Assembly: GCA_043228905.1 (NCBI GenBank)
Contig: JBHGNT010000011.1
Span: 5,890,001-5,954,000 of the forward strand
DNA from: Azolla caroliniana
Taxonomy: Eukaryota > Plantae > Polypodiophyta
Length of the DNA: 64,000 nt
Reading direction: 5' to 3'
Below, in pieces: positions 1 through 10,668 of the stretch. Every line of letters begins with the position of its first letter. Position 1 is the first letter of the stretch. A program made the translations under genes and the position numbers. The notes beneath the pieces were generated by a model. That model was not told where the DNA came from. It ran no database searches and saw only the letters and a list, made by a program, of their open reading frames with translations.

Positions 1-57
1 TTATTCTAGGCTCGGTTGTGGCCAAGTGTTGTTCATCCGGAGCGTGAGTTCCTGTCA
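1..57 (+). repeat. 3' end of a copia-type LTR (truncated by window start)
   Basis: CTCGGTTGTGGCC...ATCCGGAGCGTGAGTTCCTGTCA resembles the U5 end of the copia LTRs at 3193-3797 and ends in CA. Confidence 0.45.
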
Positions 58-471
58 AAACTAATGATAGATAGAAAGGAGAAAGAGAAAGAAGGGTGCT
101 GATCCACCCGACCACCCCCGAGCGAAGGGATCAAGACGGACTCGAGCCTCGATCGGCGTCCCATACCACCGCCATGGCGTCGAGTCGTACATGGTGCTGG
201 CGCGCTCACTACAAGAGTTGACCCACCACAAGAGCAGAGTCTCAATGTAGTCAAAAGATGATCAAATGAGGGTAGCTAGGCCTCTTATTTATAGCGATAC
301 CCAAGGCACCGAGGCAAGTTCACACTTAACCTGATGGGTTGTCTCAATCTCGAGGATTAAAAGTAATCCTCCCCTTCTTTACACTCTCATTTAACCCTCA
401 CACTTATCCACATGTATAGAATACTACGGTAAATTCTCACCACTGGATATTAAATTGTCATGCCCGTAACA
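58..471 (-). repeat. LTR-like segment (partial or solo LTR)
   Basis: Minus strand starts TGTTACGGG at 471, has a CTATAAATA TATA box (~286-294) and a pyrimidine-rich U5-like tract. It abuts a copia integrase at 472; the other end is interrupted. Confidence 0.45.
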
Positions 472-1545
472 GGAAGGCCCAAATTTGTGAAGCCTACCGG
501 CTTGGGAAGCAACACCGACTTCCATTCCCCAACGAGCAAAGCCGGAGCTGGAACAAGCTTGACTTGATACATTCGGATGTATGGGGATCGACACAGAATG
601 TAAGTCTTGGCGGGAGTCGATATTTCGTCTCCTTCATCGACGATTACAACCGACACACATGGATCTACCTCATCAAGAAGAAGAGTGAAGTCTTCGACTG
701 TTTTCGGAACCTTCAGAGTTTAGTCGAATGGGAAACGACGAGGAAGATAAAGTGCCTACGGTTGGATGGCAAAAAAGAATACTTTTCCAGCCAACTCAAC
801 AGTAATTTGTAGTAGAAGGGAATTCGGAGAGAATTCAGCTGCAGATATACGGTGGAGAAAAATGGCATAACCGAGCAGAAGAACCGATCGATTCTTGAGG
901 CGATAAGGGCAATGCTGGAGGAGAAGAGCATGCCGAAGTTCTACTGGGACGAAGCTATTCGGACGACAGTCTATATCCAAAATCGGATCGGGGAGAAGGT
1001 GTCCGCACACAAGCTATATTTCGGATGAAAGCCGAATTTACGACACCTGAGGATATTCAATAGCATTGCCTATGTGCATGTGCCCAATGAGAAGCGGAGG
1101 AAGTTGGACCCGAAGTCAGAGAAGTGCATTTTGGTCAGCTACTCTCATGCGCAGAAGGGGTATACGTATTATAACCCCTAGACCAAACAAGTTTGAGTAA
1201 GCCGCGATGTTGAATTCAATGAATCGGCATCCTGGTACTCTTTATTGCCTAAGACCCCCGGCAACTCCGACCACCCGATTACGGAAGATGAGGCCAATGA
1301 ACCCGACATGATTTGGGAAGAAGAAGAAGAAGACATCGGAGCTCTAGAAGAGAGTCTGATCTCATTCCGGCTAAATGGGCCGAATGAGCGACCGAGTCGG
1401 ATGAAGAGATGGTGAGTGGTGAGGACTCGACCGTGCTCTCTCTGCACAAGGAACCGAGGAGACGGTTCACGCGGAAGGAAAAAGGGAAGAAGAAGAGGCC
1501 TTGCTCGTGTAGGAAGCATGTGCGCTCCCGACTAGAGGCTCATCA
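472..1545 (+). pseudogene. pol: Degenerate Ty1/copia GAG-pre-integrase/integrase fragment (host of the chromovirus insertion)
   Basis: IHSDVWG...YFVSFIDDY...IKCLRLDG, KRRKLDPKSEKCIL and RFTRKEKGKKK motifs with several stops; same family as 16243-45802. Confidence 0.9.
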
Positions 1546-1705
1546 TGTCATGATGACACTTACATGCAATTTGGGTTTACAAGGAATCGAACCCACAACC
1601 TTGTTATATTCACATTGAGTTCTTGACCATTGTGATGATATATTTATTTGTAAAAGAATTGATAAACTATGTGAAATACTATAGAGTAATCTAGAGTACT
1701 CTATG

Positions 1706-1839
1706 TTCTAGAATGTTCTAGAATATTCTAGAGTGCTCTTTTATCTAGGAAATTCTAGAATATTCTAGCATGGTCTTTATTTTAGGAAGTTCTAGAATAT
1801 TCTAGCATGGTCTTTCTTCTAGGACTTTCTAGAATATCC
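1706..1839 (+). promoter_or_regulatory. Heat-shock element (nGAAn/nTTCn) array upstream of the LTR TATA box
   Basis: TTCtaGAAtgTTCtaGAAtaTTC at 1706-1728, plus TTCtaGAAtaTTC at 1753-1765 and 1790-1802 and a degenerate copy at 1827-1839. First module repeated at 63974-63996. Confidence 0.75.
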
Positions 1840-1959
1840 TATTAAAACTTATAAATATGCATATTACCATAAGAGATGAACCAATTTGGTTCAACGCCAT
1901 TCTAGAGCTCCCTTGTTTACTCGTTGTATTCCACTCTTCTATTGCAATACATTGTTACC

Positions 1960-2295
1960 TGTAAGAATATACAGGGAGGAATAAGGGTATGTGTAATGAT
2001 GTGGTTGATGTGTATGTGTAAAGTAAATGAGTGTGTGAGGATGAGTATGTGTATGGACACATGCACAATTATGTGCATGTGTACAAGAATGTGTAACGGT
2101 CTTATTTATAACGGTCATGTAACCGTTACATTGGATGTATTATATAAACCCCCTATGGGGTATGTAATGGGATAACCTTTTTCCCCTCTCACATTGTGTC
2201 ATTTTCTATTTCTCTCTTTCTCTAGCTCTCTCAGTATCGTAACCCCCTTGGGAGGGGGGTTCACCCCCCACCCAACAACATACATTATCTTTACA
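1960..2295 (+). repeat. Probable solo LTR inserted in U5 of the chromovirus 5' LTR
   Basis: TGTAAGAAT...ATCTTTACA ends and an internal TATATAAA; TSD is degenerate (TTACC/ATACT). Confidence 0.55.
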
Positions 2296-2329
2296 ATACT
2301 CTCTCTCTCTCTCTCTCTCTCTTGATAGT

Positions 2330-2341
2330 TTGAACCAAATT
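2330..2341 (+). other. Putative self-priming primer-binding site of the chromovirus
   Basis: TTGAACCAAATT is the exact reverse complement of 1883-1894 (AATTTGGTTCAA), 33 nt after the TATA box; no TGG-type tRNA PBS is present. Confidence 0.7.
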
Positions 2342-2404
2342 TCTTCTTTCCTTCCTCATTTCTTTCTCTTCCAAGAACCTTAATATGTTTCCCTCTTTTT
2401 TGTC

Positions 2405-3189
2405 CTCTTCCTTTGTACGATATGGAGTTTGTGAGCAAACAAGAATATATGCGCGTCTTTTCTGAGCTTGACATGCTCACAAATAAATTTGTGGCACTAG
2501 AGCAAGAAAATCAAAGACTACTTGGGGACCTACATCATGTGAGTACCAAGAAAGCGCAACAATATGAAGAGTTGTCACAACGGGTTCGCCAACTCGAGGT
2601 TACTATATTATCATTACGAGAACAAGCGTTGGGGGTTCAAAACTACCCCAAAGAACCGAAGATTAGCCTCGTTGCTAAGTTTGATGGTACGAGGTCTCTA
2701 TTTCGATGCTTTTTGAATCAAGTACGTTTGGTCATTCAACTACATCCTAATTGATATCTGTTGAAAATCAAGCTCAACTTGGTCTAGTGTGTGAACTCAC
2801 CTTGAGAGTGAAGAGACACTCCAACGGTCAAGAGTTACCATTATGTCACCACTTTGTATTCTAGCATTTAGTATGAGTCATAGAATCATATTCTATGACA
2901 CAACTTATGAGCTTTCACATTCCCCATGCTCCATGAGGCTTGTAGTTAATGAAGAGAGAGGGTGACTACATAAAGCACCCTCCTCCCACCTTGTATTATG
3001 TTGAGTCTTTCTCCTTTGTCAATACACTTTTATCTTGCGTATTCTCTGTGTTTCACTCTCTCTCTATCTCACTCTCTCTCTCTCTCTTACACACACACAT
3101 AACTCACATCTCTTCCGCTTCACAAGAATCCATCTCTTGATTCTTTACAATATCCAACGGAATCTGCTCGTGTGGGATTAGTAGGAACC
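2405..3189 (+). repeat. Direct duplication copy 1 (gag 5' end plus embedded solo LTR)
   Basis: Near-identical to 13647-14435, including the solo LTR and its ATATC TSD. Confidence 0.92.
2759..3149 (+). repeat. Copia solo LTR (family A) in chromovirus gag
   Basis: TGTTGAAAATC...TTCTTTACA with TSD ATATC (2754-2758/3150-3154); same family as the LTR at 13414. Confidence 0.92.
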
Positions 3190-3192
3190 ATC

Positions 3193-6100
3193 TGTTGGGA
3201 TTACGGTCCCTTCGGATGGGATGGTTGGATATCGGAGATGAATGCGGACAAGCCCGGTTTCGGTTTTCGGAACCGGATGATGAAGACCCCGGCTTCGGAG
3301 CCGGATGACGAATGTACCCGGAGAGAGATCCGGATACGGGGACATATCTGTGAATATGTTTACCAAGGGCCCTTGAGGCTATAGTTGTAAATAGCCCCAA
3401 AGTCATATGTGTATAAATATGACTTAGGGCAAACAGTTTGTATGTTGCTACTCATTTTTCTGTTTTTCCACTCAAGAGGACTGAAGAGAGAGCAGCCGTG
3501 AGAGAGATAGAGCGTGAGAGAGGAGGAGGTCGACGCCTCTGTGTATTTCCGCCGCCTGTGGCGAGGACAACGAGCTCAAGGTCGTCGCCTTGCAGCTCGC
3601 CATTTGTATACTTCTCTGTGCATAGTGTTTCGTTTGGAGTCTTGGACTCCCGTGGTTTTTCCCGTCTAGGGTTTTCCACGTTAATCTCTGTGTAATCGTG
3701 TCCTTTCTCTGTGGTTCCTATTTTCTGCTGTATTGATTCGCGCTTACTCGGTTGTGGCCGAGTGGTGAAGGTTAATCGGAGCATCGATTCCTCTACAAAC
3801 TGGTATCAGAGCGACTGTTGCAAAAAATGGAAGGCGGCGGCAGCGGGCAGCCGGGGATGATGGTGCTGAATGCACAGAATTACGCCGATTGGAAGATCAA
3901 GATGGAGGATCTTCTGATTGTTCGGGACCTGTACGAACCGATCGACAGGTCGGAAATACCGAAGGGGGTACTTGAGTCGGAATGGAGGCTTCTGAACCGG
4001 AAAGCCGTTGCAACCATTCGGCAATACGTCGACGTGAGCGTTCTACAACATGTGGCGAACGACACCAACGCATATGAGATGTGGCGGAAGCTGTCGGGCC
4101 TCTACGAGAGGAAGAATGCGTTGAACCGGACCTCCCTGATGAGGAAGATAGTGAACCTCAAGTACCGGGACGGCGAGAGTATGGTAGAACACGTAAGCAC
4201 GTTCATGGGATTCGTGAACCAGCTTGCGGCGATCAAGTTCCCGTTGGAGGATGCAATGCAAGCCATCATCCTGATGTGTACATTGCCGGAAAGCTGGGAG
4301 AACTTGGTGGTGACTCTCAGCACCTCCTGCACGGAAGATAACTTGTCCCTACAAACGGTAAAGACAAGTATTTTGAACGAAGAAGCGCGTCGGAGAGATA
4401 AAGAACCGGCCTCCGATCCGAAGATGTTGTTTACCGAATCGGAACGGGGAAGACAACGGAACCGGAGTCCGCAAAGACGGGAGAAGTCGGGGACCCGGTC
4501 GCAGTCAAGAGGAAGGCCCACATGCTTCCACTGTGGGAAGCCGGGGCACTTCCGAAAGAATTGTCGGCATTACCGAAAAGACAACGGAGCCGACGACACC
4601 GATTCGAAGAAGTCTTCGGAACGAAACGGTGCTTACCGGGGAGCCACTGACCGAAATGGTTCGGATCGGCGAGGGCAGGACCGGAAAGGAACGACGGCAC
4701 TCGCGGCAAGTGAAGAGGAGATCATGCTCATCACCGAAGAAGGTGAACTAAACATTGCTGGCGATGAGACTACCTGGGTGGTCGATTCCGGAGCGTCGTT
4801 CCACCTGACCCCGGAAAGAAGATACTTCTCATCCTACACAGCCGGTGAGCATGGCTGTGTTCGGATGGGAAATGAAGGTACGTGCCGGATTGCCGGCATA
4901 GGAGACGTGTGGTTGACAACCCCGACCGGATGCAAAATGCTGCTGAAGGATGTCCGACACGTTCCGGAGGTTCGATTGAACCTGATTTCGGCCGGGAGGC
5001 TAGACGATGAAGGCTACACAGGTAGCATCCGGAACGGCGTAATGAAGTTCAGCAAAGGGAGCCTGATAGTGGCTCGGGCCCGGAAGATCAACACACTGTA
5101 CCTGATGAATGCCCGGTTATGTCCGGAAGAGCTGAATGTGGCAGCCGACACTGCCGGTGAGCTGTGGCACAAGAGACTGTGCCACATGAGTGAGAAGGGG
5201 ATGAAGAGGCTTGCAGAAGACAACCTTATTCCAGTGAAGCATGTGCACCTGGAGAAGTGCACCGATTGCCTGGCCGGTAAGCAGAACCGAACCTCCTTCC
5301 ACTCAAGGCCACGGACGAGACGTAGCACACCATTGGAGTTGGTGCACACCGATGTGTGTCAGGTAGAAACGAAGTCACATGGCGGAGCCCAGTACTTCGT
5401 AACTTTCATAGATGATCATAGCCGAAGACTGTGGACGGCACCGATGAAGACAAAGGACCAAGTGTTGTCCGTCTTTAAAGAACTCCACGCGAGAGTGGAA
5501 AGAGAATCCGGCAAGAAGCGGAAAGCGATACGAGCGGATAATGGAGGGGAATACCGGGGACAGTTCCAGGAGTACTGTCGCTCGAAGGGAATCCGGCTCG
5601 AGTTTACTGTGCCGAAGACGCCGGAACTGAACGGGCTGGCCGAGAGGATGAACCGGACCATAATGGAGAGGGTGCGGAGTATGCTGGCGCATGCGAAATT
5701 ACCCTAGGGGTTTTGGGCTGAGGCAATGTCGACGGCGACATATGTGATAAACCGATCACCCTCAGTACCTTTGGACGGAGACACGCCGCAGAGAGTGTGG
5801 ACCGGTAGGGAAGTATCCTACCGGCATCTGAAGGTGTTCGGGTGTCTCGCATACGTGCATGTGGCAAAGGACCGGAGAGGAAAGCTAGATCCAAAGACCC
5901 GGCCATGCATATTCCTCGGTTACGGCGATGACGAGTTCGGCTACCGAGTATGGGACCCGGTCGACAAGAAGATATTCCGGAGTCGTGATATCATCTTCAT
6001 GGAGAACAAGACACTCGCCGACTGGGAGTCGGAGAAGAAGATGAAGAGCTCCAAGTCGACCGGTGAGGATCAACTCTACGAGGAGCAGTCCCGACCGGCA

Positions 6101-8515
6101 AGGGACCGGTTAGCACTCGAGGATCCGGCCGAAGACAGTGAAGAAACAGAACCGGCCGAAGAAGATGAAAATGATACCGGAACCGGCCCCGATCCCGAAA
6201 TGGATTCGGATGAAGAAGAATCGGAAGAACCGGTTACCGAAGCTCCGGAACGGAGATATCCTCTAAGAGAGAGAAGGGCCCCCCGGAGATTTCCGGAACC
6301 AGAGCACGTGCTGCTAACCGACGAAGGGGAGCCGGAGAGCTTTGAAGAAGCGAAGCATGACACCCAGAGCCGCAGGTGGTTGAGTGCCATGCAGGACGAG
6401 ATGGATTCCCTGCATGAGAAGCACACATATGAACTTGTGGAGTTGCCGAAAGGAAAGCGGGCACTTCGAAACAAGTGGGTGTTCAAGCTGAAACCGGGAG
6501 ATGCCGGAAACCCCCCGAGATACAAAGCCAGGATCGTGGTGAAGGGGTTTCAGCAGAAGAAGGGCGTCGACTTCGACGAGATATTTGCCCCGGTAGTGAA
6601 GATGACCTCCATCCGGACGGTGCTGAGCATAGCGGCAAGCATGGACCTCGAGGTAGAACAGATGGACGTGAAGACGGCATTCCTTCACGGTGACCTCGAA
6701 GAAGAGATCTACATGCAGCAACCGGAAGGATTCGAGAAGAAAGGGAAGGAGCACCTGGTATGCCGGTTGAAGAAGAGCCTTTACGGACTGAAGCAGGCTC
6801 CCCGGCAATGGTACCGGAAGTTCGACTCCTTCATGACCGACGAAGGGTACCTCAAAACGCAATCCGACGACTGCGTGTTTGTGAAGAAGTTCGAAGGAGG
6901 AGACTTTCTAATACTCCTCCTGTACGTGGACGACATGTTGATCGTCGGACGAGACCAGGTCAAGATACGGATGCTGAAGAAGGCTCTTCACCGAACCTTC
7001 TCAATGAAGGACCTGGGTCCGGCGAGACAAATACTAGGGATGCACATCATCCGGGACCGGAAGAAGAAGCAGTTGTGGCTGTCACAGGAGAAGTACGTGA
7101 CCAAGGTGCTTCACCGGTTCAACATGTCGGAAGCAAGACCGGTCGGGTCAACACTCCCGGCAAACTGCAAGTTGTCCAGCAAGCAGAGCCCCAAGACAAA
7201 GGCTGAGAAGGAGGACATGATGAAAGTACCATATGCCTCTGCCGTCGGGAGCTTGATGTACGCAATGGTGTGTACCCGACCGGACATCGGATATGCAGTC
7301 GGAGTGGTGAGCCGGTACATGAGCAATCCCGGCAAAGAGCATTGGAACGCGGCCAAGTGGATACTCCGATACCTGAAGGGCACGACAAACGTGTGCCTCC
7401 GATTCGGCTCCGGTAAGCCCGAACTCGACGGCTTCACTGATTCGGATATGTCGGCTGATGCAGATACCAGCCGGTCCACATCAGGGTATGTGATGACGTA
7501 TGCAGGGGGAGCTGTTTCATGGCAGTCGAGGCTGCAGAAGACGGTTGCGTTGTCAACCACGGAGGCGGAGTACATGGCGGCTGTTGAAGCCGGCAAGGAA
7601 ATAATATGGATGAAGGACTTCATTAGAGAGCTCGGTATCCGGCAGGAGGAGTACCGACTCTACTGCGACAGTCAGAGTGCAATCCACCTTGCGAAGAACG
7701 CGGCCTATCACTCCCGGACGAAGCACATCCAGCGAAGATATCACTGGATCCGGGAAAGGATAGAAGACAAGGAGTTCGTGCTGACGAAGATCCACACGGA
7801 CGAGAACGGGTCGGATATGCTAACCAAGGTGCTCACACCCGACAAGCTGGAAGCATGCCGGAAGAGGATCGGATTGGAGAGACATCCCATGCCGAAGTGA
7901 AGGGGGAGTTTGTTGGGATTACGGTCCCTTCGGATGGGATGGTCGGATATCGGAGATGAATGCCGACAAGCCCGGTTTCGGTTTTCGGAACCGGATGATG
8001 AAGACCCCGGCTTCGGAGCCGGATGACGAATGTACCCGGAGAGAGATCCGGATGCGGGGACATATCTGTGAATATGTTTACCAAGGGCCCTTGAGGCTAT
8101 AGTTGTAAATAGCCCCAAAGTCATATGTGTATAAATATGACTTAGGGCAAACAGTTTGTATGTTGCTACTCATTTTTCTGTTTTTCCACTCAAGAGGAGT
8201 GAAGAGAGAGCAGCCGTGAGAGAGATAGAGCGTGAGAGAGGAGGAGGTCGACGCCTCTGTGTATTTCCACCGCATGTGGCGAGGACAACGAGCTCAAGGT
8301 CGTCGCCTTGCAGCTCGCCATTTGTATACTTCTCTGTGCATAGTGTTTCGTTTGGAGTCTTGGACTCCCGTGGTTTTTCCCGTCTAGGGTTTTCCAGGTT
8401 AATCTCTGTGTAATCGTGTCCTTTCTCTGTGGTTCCTATTTTCTGCTGTATTGATTCGCGCTTACTCGGTTGTGGCCGAGTGGTGAAGGTTAATCGGAGC
8501 ATCGATTCCTCTACA
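3193..8515 (+). mobile_element. Full-length young Ty1/copia element B1 (Tnt1/Tork-like)
   Basis: LTRs 3193-3797 and 7911-8515 (605 bp, ~7 differences), TSD CCATC, tRNA-iMet PBS TGGTATCAGAGC 3801-3812, PPT before 7911. Confidence 0.97.
3827..7900 (+). pseudogene. gag-pol: Copia gag-pol polyprotein with a single nonsense codon
   Basis: CCHC knuckle, WVVDSGAS protease, integrase, RT (YVDDM) and RNaseH; TAG at 5705-5707 where copy B2 has AAG. Confidence 0.93.
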
Positions 8516-8520
8516 CCATC

Positions 8521-10531
8521 ATTATGCGTACATGAGCCGGAGAGCTACGCAGAAGTAGCTAAAGACGTGAATTGGTGTGCCGCGATAGAGGAAGAGATGC
8601 ACGCATTAGCGGAGAACGAGACCTGGGACCTGGTTGACGCACCAAGAGGGGTAAAACTGATCGGGTGTAGGTGGGTGTACAAGGTCAAGTACAACACCGA
8701 TGGCTTGGTCAACCGGTACAAGGCTCGACTAGTGGCAAAAGGCTATGCGCAAAAACACGGCATCAACTACGATGACACGTTTGTGCCGGTCGCGAAAATG
8801 ACGACCGTTTGTGTTTTGCTCGCAGTAGCCACGGCCAAGAGGTGGCACTTACATCAAATGGATGTAAAGAATGCGTTCCTGCAAGGTGACCTTGAGGAAC
8901 AGGTGTACATGGTACAGTCCCCCGGATTTCACTCTGGAACGAACTCCTCGGCAGTATGCCGACTAAAGAAGTCCCTTTACGGACTGAAGCAAGCCCCGCG
9001 TGCCTGGAACGCGAAGATCACGCAACAACTGCGTCGGATGGGTTTCGTCACGTCCAAATCAGACTCTTCCTTGTTCATCCGGAAAGGTCGACTCAGACCG
9101 GTTAGTATTTTACTATATGTTGATGACTTGGTCATCACCGGCGCCGACCTACGTGAAATCGACTGCGTGAAGTTCCAGCTTGCGGCATCGTTCAACATGA
9201 AGGATCTGGGTGACCTTCATTACTTCCTCGGGATCGAAGTGATCCGTACCCCCGAAGGCATATTGATCAACCAACGTCATTATGTGCTGAGTATGCTCTT
9301 CAAATTCGGGATGGCCGACTGTAAGTCCGTCTCGACTCCTCTGGACAGAACCATCAAGCTTTGTCCCAATATGGGAAAGGTATGCGACCCGACGAGGTTC
9401 CGACAAATTGTTGGAAGCCTCATATACTTGACCATCGCCCGACCTGACCTCAGTTATCCGGTCGGAGTGATCAGTGAGTTCATGGCGTGACCTACCGAGG
9501 AGCACCTTCAGTGTGCACAACGCATACTTCGGTATGTCAACGACACTAAGGACCGGGGACTGCTATATCGGACCGGTGCAACCGCGCAGTTAGTCGGCTA
9601 CACCGATGCTGATTGGACTGGCAACGCCGCCGAACGCTGATCCATGTTCGGATACGCGTTCTCCCTCGGGAGTGCCGCGATCGCGTGGAGCAGTAAGAAG
9701 CAGCCGATAGTTGCACTGTCGAGCATCGAAGCTGAGTACCGAGGAGCGGTTGTTGCGACATGCGAAGCCATATGGTTGAAGCGGCTACTTAAGGACCTGC
9801 AAGTGGAGGTGTCAGATCCGACGACGATCTACTACGATAACCTCAGCAGCATCCAGCTCGTGAAAAACCCCGTTTTCCACGCACGGACCAACCACATTGA
9901 GGCGCACTACCATTTCGTCCGTGAGCGTGTCCTTTCCGGTGAAGTCGAACTTCAATACGTTCCGACGGATCGGCAGATTGCCGACATCTTCACCAAGCGT
10001 CTTGGTCTGGACAAGTTGCGGCAATTCTCAGGTGTGCTCGGATTGCGTCACCTCGATGTGCCAAACTTGAGGGGGAGAAAAGTCCCGAACAACCAAGCAA
10101 GGCAACAGGAAAGGAGCGGAGACCGCGACACCGAGTCGGTTGACTCATCGGCTGAAGAAGCCGAGGGCGGACCCGCGGAAAAGCTCGGAAGAGGACAGAA
10201 GGGGAGCAGCCGAAGGAGAGAGCCGAAGCCAACCACGTATGGGGAAGATGACGCCACCGAGGGCGAGAAGACCGAAGACGAGGCCGGATCGGCTGAAGAA
10301 GCTGAGGACCGGATCGATTAGGCCGAGTGCGTAAACCGGGAGGCCGTTAGGAAAGATATTCTGTAAGGAATATGTTTGGGAGTTAGTGTAGGAGCTCTTA
10401 ATGAGCATTGAAGTACCGTCAGTACTTCGGTCAGTCCTTCGAGGACTTGTATAAAAGTGTTCATGGAACACACATGTGTATAGAGTGGTGAATAGAGATT
10501 TGAGTTGTTGTTGAATATAGTTCTTGTGTTT

Positions 10532-10563
<32 letters not shown>

Positions 10564-10668
10564 TCTGTCTCTCCTGCGTATACTGTGTAAGCTCAAGCTC
10601 TCCATTAAACCTGAGTGTTCTTCCTTCTGTTCGGTCTTCATACTTGCTTCCGCACGCTACTTTTTACA
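8521..10668 (+). mobile_element. 5'-truncated Ty1/copia (family C): RT-RNaseH plus partially deleted 3' LTR
   Basis: RT/RH ORFs 8429-9490 and 9644-10321; LTR ends CTACTTTTTACA at 10668, matching the LTRs at 35778 and 40659. Confidence 0.88.

Larger units (their letters stand above)
1546..2327 (+). repeat. 5' LTR of the chromovirus (~440 bp after removing 1960-2295)
   Basis: TG start matches the 3' LTR; TATAAATA at 1850; ends TCTTGATA (inferred mutated ...GACA) just before the putative PBS. Confidence 0.8.

Noticed and set aside
5705-5707. Programmed stop-codon readthrough in B1
   Set aside because: It falls within integrase, and sister copy B2 has AAG there, so it is a simple nonsense mutation.
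4043-7795. Numerous antisense and alternate-frame ORFs over copia pol
   Set aside because: Expected shadows of GC-rich coding sequence; they recur in B2 only because the copies are near-identical.
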